A stretch of DNA of 64,000 nt from Acidimicrobiia bacterium (GCA_947476745.1 CANJRG010000001.1:457616-521615), one strand, 5' to 3'; positions 45,210-54,262 are shown, numbered from the stretch's first letter. The notes: generated by a model not told the origin, from the letters alone. Numbers and translations are program-made.

Positions 45210-46013
45210 TCAGCGGGCGACATCGGTCAGGGCGTGGTTGAGGTTTCCCGACCGCAGGCCCTCGAGGTCGACGGTGACGTAGCGGTAACCGGCGGCGTGC
45301 ACCGCGGCCACCACCTGCTCGCGTCGGACGAGGAGCCCGGGGAGGTCCTCGAGCGGCACCTCGATGCGGGCCGTGTCGCCGTAGTGGCGTACCCGCACCG
45401 CGGCGAAGCCCAGCCGGTGCAGCGCCGCTTCGGCCCGGTCGAGCTGGGAGAGCAGCTGCACCGAGACCTCGGTGCCATAAGGCAGTCGGGAGGCCAGGCA
45501 CGCCGCCGCGGGTTTGTCCCAGATCGACAGGCCGAGCGCCCGGGCGTGGTCGCGCACCGCAGCCTTGGTCAGGCCGGCCTCGACCATGGGGAAGGTCGCA
45601 CCCCGCTCCGCGGCGGCCCGCTGACCGGGACGATGGTCGCCGAGGTCATCGACGTTGACCCCGAGCAGCACCGTGGCACCGAGCGGCGCAGCGAGCGGCT
45701 CCAACGCGTCCATCAGGGCGCTCTTGCAGTGGTAGCAACGGTCGCCGTCGTTGTACCGGTAGGCGGCTCGTTCCAGTTCGTCGGTCTCGACCTCGACCCA
45801 GCGCAGGCCCCAGGCCGCGGCCAGCTCGGCGCAGGCCCGGCGCTCGTCGGCGGCCAGCGACGGGGACACCGCAGTCGCCACCAGGCACCGTTCGGGCCCG
45901 AGGGTGTCGTGGGCGACCTTGGCCAACAGGCCGGAATCGACACCGCCGGAGAAGGCCACCACCACCGCCGGCTGGGCGGTGAGGATCCGGCGGAGATCGT
46001 CGAGGGTGCTCAC
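45210..46013 (-). CDS. larE: PP-loop ATP-utilising enzyme, LarE-like sulfur transferase
   Basis: PP-loop FSGGVDS, RCYHCK and the conserved Cys in AAACLASRLPYG. GTG 46013 gives about 268 aa. Confidence 0.75.
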   Translation of the reverse strand: MSTLDDLRRILTAQPAVVVAFSGGVDSGLLAKVAHDTLGPERCLVATAVSPSLAADERRACAELAAAWGLRWVEVETDELERAAYRYNDGDRCYHCKSALMDALEPLAAPLGATVLLGVNVDDLGDHRPGQRAAAERGATFPMVEAGLTKAAVRDHARALGLSIWDKPAAACLASRLPYGTEVSVQLLSQLDRAEAALHRLGFAAVRVRHYGDTARIEVPLEDLPGLLVRREQVVAAVHAAGYRYVTVDLEGLRSGNLNHALTDVAR

Positions 46014-46158
46014 CGCCGCCGACACTACCGCCCCGGCCGCGGTCCGTCCCCACGGGAGGCCGGCGACGAGCCCGAACGCAGTAGCCCACCGCGTGGCAGC
46101 ACCTCTACTCCGGCGATCCAGGGGGACACCCATACTGGGACCGGGGAGCAGCCTGTTC

Positions 46159-46971
46159 GTGCGGAACAGGATCATCGGGTGGACAGCAACGGTGGTCGCC
46201 CTGTTGGTGGCGGTCGTCGCCCTGGCCTCCCCGGCTGCGGCCCGTCAGGACGGTGCCGAGTCCATCGCCGGCAAGGTGTTCAACGAGAAGCTCGTCGAGG
46301 ACCGCACCACCCGTGACCCGGTACCCGGCGACTACGTCCTGCCGGTCGATCCCGACACCTTGCCCGACGGGCTGGCGGCCAAGGCCGGCGACGAGTCACG
46401 GCCGGTCTCGGTCACCGCCGGGCAGGAGCTGGTGGGCAACTTCTTCCTCGGGGCCGACACCCGAAAGGTCGAGTCGCGCTTGTCCCGGCTGCCCCAATCG
46501 GTGTTCGACGGGCTGTTCTTCGCGCTCATCGTCGCCATCGCCGCCATCGCCGCCATAGGACTCTCGCTCATCTACGGCACCACCGGCCTGTCGAACTTCG
46601 CCCATGGCGAGATGGTCACGTTCGGGGCGGTGATGGTCTGGGTGTTCAACCAGACGTGCGGGATCAACCTCATCGTGGCCGCCGTGCTCGCCATCGTGTG
46701 CGGGGTGGGCGCGGGGTTCGTCTTCGACCAGGTGGTGTGGGCACCGCTGCGCAGGCGACGGATCGGGCTGACCTCCCAGATGATCGCCTCCATCGGGCTG
46801 GCGCTGTTCCTCCGTTACCTCATCCAGTACCTCTTCGGCCCCAAGACCCAGTCCTACGGTCAGTTCCAGAACCAGACCGACCCAATCGGCCTCGGCCTCG
46901 CCGCATTGGTGGTGTTCCGGCCGCAGGGCATCTTCGGCGACCGACGGGAGCAGGCCTTCGATGTCCGCTGA
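46159..46971 (+). pseudogene. livH: branched-chain amino acid ABC permease remnant: livH 5' third fused in frame to the extreme 3' end of livM
   Basis: GLSLIYGTTGLSNFAHGEMVTFGA...SIGLALFLRYLIQYLFGP matches the first ~130 aa of the LivH core. It then jumps (about 46861-46890) to LAALVVFRPQGIFGDRRE, a permease C-terminal tail. That tail's stop overlaps the livG start, as in intact operons. Confidence 0.6.
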
Positions 46972-47701
46972 GCCCGAGCCAACGACCGCAACCGACGACG
47001 GCCCGCTCAGCGGGGTAGCCCGCGAGCCCGGCTCGGCCAAGCCCGACCCCTTGCTGGTCGTGGACGGCACGCGACGTTCCTTCGGCGGTCTCGTGGCCGT
47101 CGACGTCGATCACGTCGAGTTCCAGCGAGGCTCCATCACCGGCCTGATCGGCCCGAACGGGGCGGGTAAGACCACCTTCTTCAACCTGCTCACCGGGTTC
47201 GACACCCCCGACACCGGGAACTGGGCCTTCGACGGCAACCCGATCCGCAAGGCGAGCCCGTACCGGTTGGCCCGCAGCGCCATGGTGCGCACCTTCCAGC
47301 TCACCAAGTCCCTCACCCGTATGACGGTGCTGGAGAACATGAAGCTCGGGGCGCTGAACCAGCGGGGCGAGTCGGTGTTCGCCGGCCTGCTCAAGCCACT
47401 GTGGCGGGATCAGGAACGCGAGATCGAGCAGCGGGCCGAGGGCCTGCTGGCCCGCTTCAAGCTCGACCACATGCGCGACGAGTTCGCCGGGAACCTCTCC
47501 GGCGGACAACGCAAGCTGCTCGAGATGGCCCGGACGCTGATGGCCGATCCCAAGCTGATCATGCTGGACGAGCCCATGGCCGGCGTGAACCCTGCCCTGA
47601 CCCAGAGTCTGCTGGGCCACGTGAAGGACCTCCGCAGCGAGGTCCGCACCGTCATCTTCGTCCAGCACGACATGGGCGTCGTCAACGACATCAGCGACTG
47701 A
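46961..47701 (+). pseudogene. livG: ABC ATPase LivG-like, truncated by in-frame TGA at a conserved Trp position, 3' end deleted
   Basis: Walker A GPNGAGKTT, LSGGQRKLLEMAR, Walker B LIMLDEPMAG and H-loop VQHDM. The stop at 47699-47701 interrupts ISD-(W)-VVVMAEG. The expected C-terminal ...AYLG tail is absent. Confidence 0.65.
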
Positions 47702-47736
47702 GTGGTGGTCATGGCCGAGGGTCCCATCCTGGCCGA

Positions 47737-48253
47737 GTGGCCGCCGGCTACGTGCCCGAGGTGAACATTCTCAACGGGTGCAACCTGGTGCTCGAGGCCG
47801 GCGAGTTCGTGGGCATCATCGGCCCCAATGGCGCCGGGAAGTCGACGCTGCTCAAGGCCATTCTGGATCTGGTCACCATACGATCCGGTACGGTGCGGCT
47901 GTCTGGTGAGGCCATCACCGGCCGCAAGCCCCACGAGCTGGTGGAGCGGGGGGGGCTTCGTACCCCAGACCCGCAACGTGTTCCCCAGCCTCACCGTGAC
48001 CGAGAACCTGGAGATGGGCTGCTTCCTCAAGCCTGCCCTGCTCGAAGAGCGGCTCGCCTACGCCTTCGAGCTGTTCCCCCGCCTCGGCGAACGGGCCAAC
48101 TTCCGGGCCGGTGCGCTCTCCGGCGGCGAACGGCAGATGGTGGCCATGGGGCGGGCGTTGATGCCGAACCCCAGCGTGCTGCTGCTCGAGGACCGAAAGG
48201 TCATCGAGCTCTACCTCGGCACACTGGCCCGGGCCCGCACCGAGACGAGCTGA
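47737..48253 (+). pseudogene. livF: ABC ATPase LivF-like with G8-tract frameshift and internal deletion
   Basis: GYVPEVNILNGCNLVLEAGEFVGIIGPNGAGKSTL lies in one frame. After the G8 run (47948-47955), GFVPQTRNVFPSLTVTENLEMG...LSGGERQMVAMGRAL continues in another frame. Walker B through the D-loop/H-loop is missing (LLLED-RKVIELYLG). Confidence 0.65.
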
Positions 48254-48257
48254 CCGG

Positions 48258-48297
48258 ACGAGCGGTGCCCCGGCCCGGATGCCGGGGCACCGCTCGT
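48258..48297. terminator. bidirectional 17-bp perfect stem-loop between livF remnant and the SBP gene
   Basis: acgagcggtgccccggc (48258-48274), loop ccggat, then gccggggcaccgctcgt (48281-48297). A second imperfect hairpin lies at about 48308-48330. Confidence 0.6.
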
Positions 48298-48338
48298 TCA
48301 TGCTGCGACGTTCACGCTGCAGCGGTGAACACCACAGA

Positions 48339-49664
48339 TCACTTCCCGGCGTCGAAGCTCTCGCCGAGGGCGTTGCCCATGTTGCCGTCCACGCCGTACA
48401 CGGCGATCTTGGTGGGGCCGACCCCCGCCTCGACCATGGTCGAGAGGATCTTCGAGCTCTCCTCGAAGCCGATGATCACCACGGCGTCAGGCTTCTGCGC
48501 CTTGATCTCATTGACCTCGGCGTTGAACTTGTCGGCCTTCTCGTCGTAGGTCTTGGTGATGACGACCTTGCCGCCGGCCTCGGTGATGGCCTTGGTCAGG
48601 TCCTCGGTCAGGCCCACGCCGTAGGAGTCGTTGCGGTTGATGATGGCCACGTTCTTATGACCGTCACCCACGACGATGGCGCCGAGCACCGCACCCTGCA
48701 CCACGTCGGACGGGGCGGTACGGCAGTACAGGCCCTTGTCCTTGTAGGTCGACAGGGTCTTGGAGGTGTTGGCCGGCGAGAACTGCACGACGCCCGCACC
48801 GGTGATCTTGTCGATCACCTTGAGCGACACACCGGAGGAGGCGCCGATGATGATGGCGTCCACCTTCTCCGCCAGGAGACGGTCGGTGGTCTGGTTCACG
48901 GTGTCGGTGGTGGCGTCGCCGGAGTCACCCTTGATGCCCACGACCGGCTTGCCGAGCACCCCGCCGGCGGCGTTGATGTCGGCTATGGCAAGGTCGAACC
49001 CTGCGAACTCAGGCGGGCCGAGGAAGGCAAGGCTACCCGCCTGCGGGAAGATGGTGCCCAGCTTGAGGGTACCGTCACCGGCCCGGGTGCCTTCGACGGG
49101 CACCTGCGGCACATCGGCAGCCGCCGGGGCGGAGGCCTCCTTGTAGACGGTCTTGGTGTCGTCGAGGCGGTTGTCCTTGCCGAACTGCAGCACGCCGAAG
49201 CTCGCCTTGGTGGGCTCGCAGTTGCCGCTGAACTCCAACGGACCGGAGATGCCGTCGTAATCGGGATCGCCGCCCTTGGCGATGATCGCCTTGCAGCTGG
49301 TGAAGTCCTTGCACTTTTCGCCGCCGCGGGTGATCCCGTTGATCTCCTTGGCGTAGTCGATGCCGTCGGTCTTGGCCTTCTCGGCCGCGAGTGCGATGAC
49401 CACGACGGCGTCGTAGGCCTCGGCGCCGTAGTTGTAGTCCTTCAGCGGCTGGTTGCCGGCCTTGACCCAGGCGTCGCTGAGCTTCTTCTTGAAGTCGTCG
49501 CTGAGCTTCACCAGCGGGGTGGTGCCCTTCATGCCGACCAGCTGGCCGGCGGTGGCAGCAGCGGCACCAGTCTCGCTGGCCTTGTCCTCGCTCCCACCGC
49601 ACGCCGCGCCGACCAATGCCAGGCCGAGCACTGCAGCACCGAGCTGCGCCCAAGTTTTCCTCAT
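48339..49664 (-). CDS. LivJ/Peripla_BP_6-type solute-binding lipoprotein with circularly permuted segment order
   Basis: Lipobox LVGAAC. Residues 41-170 (GMKGTTP...AEAYDAVVVIALAAEKA...YDGISGPLEF) look like the usual C-terminal part of this family. Residues 199-441 (TLKLGTIFPQAGSLAFLGPPE...INAAGGVLGKPV...IIGASSGVS...YGVDGNMGNALG) look like the usual N-terminal two thirds. ATG 49664 has an AGGGAAG RBS. Confidence 0.8.
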   Translation of the reverse strand: MRKTWAQLGAAVLGLALVGAACGGSEDKASETGAAAATAGQLVGMKGTTPLVKLSDDFKKKLSDAWVKAGNQPLKDYNYGAEAYDAVVVIALAAEKAKTDGIDYAKEINGITRGGEKCKDFTSCKAIIAKGGDPDYDGISGPLEFSGNCEPTKASFGVLQFGKDNRLDDTKTVYKEASAPAAADVPQVPVEGTRAGDGTLKLGTIFPQAGSLAFLGPPEFAGFDLAIADINAAGGVLGKPVVGIKGDSGDATTDTVNQTTDRLLAEKVDAIIIGASSGVSLKVIDKITGAGVVQFSPANTSKTLSTYKDKGLYCRTAPSDVVQGAVLGAIVVGDGHKNVAIINRNDSYGVGLTEDLTKAITEAGGKVVITKTYDEKADKFNAEVNEIKAQKPDAVVIIGFEESSKILSTMVEAGVGPTKIAVYGVDGNMGNALGESFDAGK

Positions 49665-49785
49665 CGCTTCCCTCTGCCATCCCAAGCGACGGACACATCG
49701 CAAGCCGCCGACTGCGATTCGCGTCCCGTTCACCGGCGCGCAGCGTAGGTGCTGGTCGGAAAATAGTTGGCGCGGTCGCTCCGGT

Positions 49786-50475
49786 TCAGACCGACAGAAG
49801 GTCGAGGACCTCGTCAAGCGAGCCGCTCACCCCGGTGATGAACCGGCCGAAGATGCCGAACACCGCCGACGCCTCGTCGAAGCGCATGGTGTAGACGACA
49901 GCCTTGAGGTCGTCGGGATGGTTCGCGAACAGCGTGACCCCCCACTCGTAATCGTCGAGACCGGTGGAGGCGGTGACCAGCTGCGAGATGCGCTCGCCGA
50001 AGGCGCGGCCGGAGTGGCCGTGCTCCTCCATCATCGAGCGACGCTCGTCGAAGCCCTCGCGGAACCAGTTGGCGCCGGGATCGCGCCGCTTGGACATCGG
50101 GTAGAAGCACCAGGCCCGCTTGCCCGGCGGGGGCAGACGCTTGGGGTACAGCCGCATCTGCTGCATCGCCTCGGGTACGCCGGACGCCACGGCGTACTCG
50201 GAGATCTCGGTGACCGACACGAAGCTGTCGACCAGCTCGACCCCGGCGCAACGCGCCGCCGACTGCAGCTGGCGCAGGACCACGGCATCGCGGTGCAACG
50301 CCATCAGGCACAGATCGGCCTTGTGGCCGAGTACCGCCACCGGAACCAGCATGCCGGCGGCCTGTTCGAACCGGGCGCAAGCCGCTTCGAGCGCCGCGCG
50401 GTCGAATGAGGCGGTCAGCTTGCCGAACAGGTGCACCACGGTCAGCCCGACCGAGACCTCGAGCGGTTCCGTCAT
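49786..50475 (-). CDS. hemQ: coproheme decarboxylase (chlorite dismutase family, HemQ/ChdC)
   Basis: WCFYPMSKRR, ...NWF..., EHGHSGRAF, and YEWGVTLFANHPDDLKAVVYTMRFDEAS. Confidence 0.9.
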   Translation of the reverse strand: MTEPLEVSVGLTVVHLFGKLTASFDRAALEAACARFEQAAGMLVPVAVLGHKADLCLMALHRDAVVLRQLQSAARCAGVELVDSFVSVTEISEYAVASGVPEAMQQMRLYPKRLPPPGKRAWCFYPMSKRRDPGANWFREGFDERRSMMEEHGHSGRAFGERISQLVTASTGLDDYEWGVTLFANHPDDLKAVVYTMRFDEASAVFGIFGRFITGVSGSLDEVLDLLSV

Positions 50476-50485
50476 GAGCCGAAGC

Positions 50486-51340
50486 CTACCGATCGGGCGT
50501 GGTGGGCACGTGCTCCGGGGCGTACAGGGACAGCCGCTGCCCACGCACGAACCCCGCGAGGGTCATACCGGCGGTGCGGGCGGTGCTCACCGCCAGCGAC
50601 GACGGGGCGCTCACCGCGATCAGCAGCGGGAAGCCGGCGGCCCACGCCTTCTGCACCAGCTCGAAACTGGCCCGGCTGCTGACGAACAGACCGAGCTCTG
50701 TCGCCGGCAACCGGCCGCCGAGCAGGAGGTGGCCGACGACCTTGTCGACCGCGTTGTGCCGGCCGATGTCCTCGCGCACCACGACCAGGTTGCCATCGGC
50801 GTCGAACGCCGCGGCGGCGTGCGCCGCACCGGTCCGATCGAACAACGGCTGGTGGGCACGCACCGCCTCGGCCACCGACCCCAGCCGGCCGAGATCGACC
50901 GGGGGGCGTGCCGGCAACGGGTCGAGCCGTTCGGCCAGCTCGGCGATGGTGGTCGACCCGCACAGGCCGCACGCCGAGGTGGTGAGGCCCAGCCGGGACA
51001 CCGGTGTGGGTGCCCGTCCGCCGGTCTCGACCGTGACCACGTTGAACCCGGTGTCCGCCGCCCGACTGGCCCTCGGTCCGGGCGTGGCGGCGGCGATGGG
51101 CCCCTCGCCGCAGTACCGGCAACTCAGCACCGGGAAGCCGCCGAGCAGCCCTTCGGCGTGGCAGAACCCGACGGCGAGCTCGAAGTCGTGGCCCGGTGTC
51201 CGCATGGTGGTGGCCACCAGGCGACCGTCGAGCTGGATGGCGAGAGGTTCCTCGACGATCAGCTCGTCGGGACGCCGCGACAGCGTCCCGTCGTCGTAGG
51301 TGTGGATCAGCACCTGGTCACTGCGGCGCCGCGGGCTCAT
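50486..51340 (-). CDS. fdhD: formate dehydrogenase accessory sulfurtransferase
   Basis: TPGHDFELAVGF, SACGLCG, and REDIGRHNAVDKVVG. Confidence 0.9.
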   Translation of the reverse strand: MSPRRRSDQVLIHTYDDGTLSRRPDELIVEEPLAIQLDGRLVATTMRTPGHDFELAVGFCHAEGLLGGFPVLSCRYCGEGPIAAATPGPRASRAADTGFNVVTVETGGRAPTPVSRLGLTTSACGLCGSTTIAELAERLDPLPARPPVDLGRLGSVAEAVRAHQPLFDRTGAAHAAAAFDADGNLVVVREDIGRHNAVDKVVGHLLLGGRLPATELGLFVSSRASFELVQKAWAAGFPLLIAVSAPSSLAVSTARTAGMTLAGFVRGQRLSLYAPEHVPTTPDR

Positions 51341-51446
51341 CGGCCAACGTTACCGGGGTCCGCACCGAGGCCTCCGACGACCCGCCTCGGGCACGATCGA
51401 ACCACCGTGTCCGGCACGCCATCGACGCCATGCGGGGCCGGGTCCG

Positions 51447-51914
51447 TCAGCGTCGTTGTAGCACCGCCACCAGATGTGGCTGCAACGGCAGTCCGACCGA
51501 GCCCATCGCCACCTCGTAGCGCAGCTCGTCGCCGCGCAGCTCGAAACGCCGGATCGTGGTCCGCACGTCCTTGGCGGTCGTGGTCAACGCGATCGCCCGG
51601 CTGGCCAACGGCAGGTCGAAGCCGTCGGCGACAGGGTCCAACCGGCCTTCGAGGATCTCGGCGATGCCGGTGGGGTGGGCCAGGACGACCTCGATCGTGG
51701 TGCCGTCACCGACCCAACGCCAGTACCCGGACTCGGCGTGCAACGGCCGGTCCTCGGTCGCGTGGCGGGTGCGTTGCTGGTAGGCCAGGAAAGGCTTGGT
51801 CGGTACGGCGCCGAAGGTGATCTCCTCGGTGTAGCCGAACGGGGCGATGGTCGGGTAGCGGCCGCTACCGGTCCCCACCCACGTGCCGAGCAACTGATCG
51901 AGCGGACCGCTCAT
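51447..51914 (-). CDS. nitrobindin/FABP-family heme-binding beta-barrel (DUF1794)
   Basis: LLGTWVGTGSGRYPTIAPFGYTEEITF, HAESGYWR, and C-terminal LQPHLVAVLQR with the proximal His. ATG at 51914. Confidence 0.75.
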   Translation of the reverse strand: MSGPLDQLLGTWVGTGSGRYPTIAPFGYTEEITFGAVPTKPFLAYQQRTRHATEDRPLHAESGYWRWVGDGTTIEVVLAHPTGIAEILEGRLDPVADGFDLPLASRAIALTTTAKDVRTTIRRFELRGDELRYEVAMGSVGLPLQPHLVAVLQRR

Positions 51915-52114
51915 CGCGAGCCGTTCGCGAGCCGGGACCGGAAATGGTATCGAGTTGCACGCATGCCGGGCACTGTTGCACATCGGGAGCTGACACGGAG
52001 CCCCGGACGGCGACTCGAGCCGGGTCGGCGCCACACCTCGAGCTTGCCGCAGCAGCACCCGGCCCTCAGGGAAAGGCCGGGCGCCACCTGCGTTGCATCA
52101 GTTTTCGGTCACCC

Positions 52115-53314
52115 TCAGAGCTTTATAGATGGGTCGATGAACCCGTTCGTGACGATGTCCGACGGCTTGAGATCGTCCTTCACCTTGCCGCCGGCCTGTT
52201 GGTAGACGGGCAGCGCCTTCTTGATGAACTCGGCCACCCGCACCTCGTCGTGGTCGCCGAGCGTCTGGTTGGGCCCGTTGCCGACGATGCCCAGCTTGCG
52301 CATCTGCGTGACCGCGTAGTCGGCCACGCCCTGGCTGTACACCCACCCGGTGTTGTAGCGCTTCACCAGGTCGAGGATCAGCTTGTCGGTGCGGGCCGGG
52401 TTGTTCAAGAAGTCGACCTGAGCCTGCTGGATGACGGGAACGAGCTTCTTCAGGCAGGGTGCCAGCTTGTCCCGCTCGGCACTGCGGATGACCAGCGACT
52501 GGGCGTAGGGCTGCCAACCGGTGTCGTAAATCAGCTGGTAAGCAACGTCGCGGCCCCAGTTCTTGACCTCGTTGCGGTAGATGTACGGCTCGGCGGAGGC
52601 GAAGCCCTGCTGGGCGATCTTGCCCTGCTGGGCCACGAACACGCCGGGGGTGCCGTCGTAGGACCCGTCGACCTGAGCCTTGTCCAGCACCCCCGACTGG
52701 ACGAGGTACTGCATGAACGCGATGCCCTCGAAGGTCCGTACCTTGGTCCCGGTGGCCTTCAGATCCGCAATGGTGCGGACCTGCGGGTAGGTGGAGGGGT
52801 CCCACATGATGATCTGCGGGTTGATCTCCAGACCCGCCATGACCGACAGGGTCGGCAACGAGGCGTAACGCTGCACGATGCCGTCGGTGTTGGCGTAGCC
52901 CAACATGATGTCGGTGTTCTCGTAGAGGTAGGCACCCACCGGCTTGAAGCCGATCGCCGGGCCGCCCATCCGGATCTCGATGTCGACGCCGGTGTCCTTG
53001 CCGCCGGCGACCAGCGGGCCGCGAACCCGCTTCTGGTCGGCGTCCACGGTGTAGCCGTCACCGACCAGCTCGTAGACCCCACCATGTTCGGCCTGGGGGT
53101 TCCAGTCGGTCTGGATCACGACCTTCTCCGGGCAGACACCGGCGAGCACACCACCCGGCTCGGTGGTGGCCACTCCGGCCGTCGCGGCCGTGGTGGCCAC
53201 TCCGGCCGTGGCGGCCGACGAGGGCGCCGTGTCGCTGCTCCCCCCGCACGCCGCGATCGCCAGCGCGCTCGCCACAACCAGGGCGAGCACCCCCCGGGTC
53301 CGTTGGTTGACCAT
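52115..53314 (-). CDS. ABC transporter substrate-binding lipoprotein (NMT1/THI5-like, NitT/TauT family)
   Basis: Lipobox LAIAAC and strong RBS gaggagag. VIQTDWNPQAEHGGVY is typical of this SBP group. Confidence 0.8.
   Translation of the reverse strand: MVNQRTRGVLALVVASALAIAACGGSSDTAPSSAATAGVATTAATAGVATTEPGGVLAGVCPEKVVIQTDWNPQAEHGGVYELVGDGYTVDADQKRVRGPLVAGGKDTGVDIEIRMGGPAIGFKPVGAYLYENTDIMLGYANTDGIVQRYASLPTLSVMAGLEINPQIIMWDPSTYPQVRTIADLKATGTKVRTFEGIAFMQYLVQSGVLDKAQVDGSYDGTPGVFVAQQGKIAQQGFASAEPYIYRNEVKNWGRDVAYQLIYDTGWQPYAQSLVIRSAERDKLAPCLKKLVPVIQQAQVDFLNNPARTDKLILDLVKRYNTGWVYSQGVADYAVTQMRKLGIVGNGPNQTLGDHDEVRVAEFIKKALPVYQQAGGKVKDDLKPSDIVTNGFIDPSIKL
53164..53217 (-). repeat. 27-bp tandem repeat x2 (one mismatch) encoding AATAGVATT x2 in the SBP linker
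   Basis: Units at 53164-53190 and 53191-53217, read directly. Confidence 0.9.
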
Positions 53315-53383
53315 CGTCTCTCCTCGACCTCGGACAGTTCCCGCCGGCCGGCCGACGGTGCGTGGGGGTGACACTCTACGGCG

Positions 53384-54262
53384 TCAGCGCTGACCGGTGG
53401 ATTCGTGCCAGCGGCCCATCGCCAGCCGGCCGAGGAACCCGAACAGCCAGAAGACGGCGATCCCGAGGGCTGCGGCCAGGATGACCGCGGCGAACATCTC
53501 GGCGTTGTCGTTGCGGGAGCGGTACACGTCGATGAGCCGGCCGATGCCCGGTTCACCCTGGCGGAAGAAAAAATCGCCGACCACCGCGCCGATCACCGCC
53601 AGGCCGGCCGAGATCCGCAACCCGGTGAAGATCGACGGCAGCGCCGCCGGGAACTGCAGCTTCAGCAGACGCTGCCGGCCGCTTGCGGCATACAGGGTGA
53701 ACAGGTCGTGCTGACCAGGCTCGGCCGACAGCAGCCCGAACAGGGTGTTGGCGATGATCGGGAACACCGAGATGATCACACACACCAGCACCCTGGAGGT
53801 GAAGTCGAACCCGAAGAACGAGCCGATCAGCGGCACGAACGCCAGGATCGGCACCGCCTGCAGCGCCACCGCGTAGGGGTAGAGCGAGCGCTCGATCCAG
53901 CGGGCCCGGCTCATCAGCACCGCCAGGCCCATCCCGACCACGATGGCGATGGCCAGACCGAGGAAGGCGACCTGGGCCGACAACCACACCCCCTCGAACA
54001 TCTGGCCCCGGATCATCGCGTTGTCGAGGAAGCCGGCGGCGATGACCTGATGCGGGGGTGGCAGCAGGAACGACGGCTTGCCGAACACCGCGTCGATGGC
54101 CCAGCCCGACACCAGGTACCACAGCCCGATGAACAGGACGAACACGACGAACGGACCGAGCCGCTCCGTCCGTCGCTTCCCCCGACCGACCGACGCAGAC
54201 CCGGTTGCACCGGGGCCGGCGGGTTCGGGCCGCGGTGCGCCGCCCGGCGTGGATGCGCTCAT
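53384..54262 (-). CDS. ABC transporter permease (NitT/TauT family)
   Basis: Six hydrophobic segments and an EAA-like loop (LYAASGRQRLLKLQFPAALPSIFTGLRI). Confidence 0.85.
   Translation of the reverse strand: MSASTPGGAPRPEPAGPGATGSASVGRGKRRTERLGPFVVFVLFIGLWYLVSGWAIDAVFGKPSFLLPPPHQVIAAGFLDNAMIRGQMFEGVWLSAQVAFLGLAIAIVVGMGLAVLMSRARWIERSLYPYAVALQAVPILAFVPLIGSFFGFDFTSRVLVCVIISVFPIIANTLFGLLSAEPGQHDLFTLYAASGRQRLLKLQFPAALPSIFTGLRISAGLAVIGAVVGDFFFRQGEPGIGRLIDVYRSRNDNAEMFAAVILAAALGIAVFWLFGFLGRLAMGRWHESTGQR

Noticed and set aside
47699-47701. The in-frame TGA at a conserved Trp position in livG as possible UGA-to-Trp recoding or an alternative genetic code.
   Set aside because: TGA is used as the ordinary stop codon of many well-defined genes in this window. 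Trp is encoded by TGG everywhere else. The same operon carries other independent lesions. A nonsense mutation is the simpler reading.
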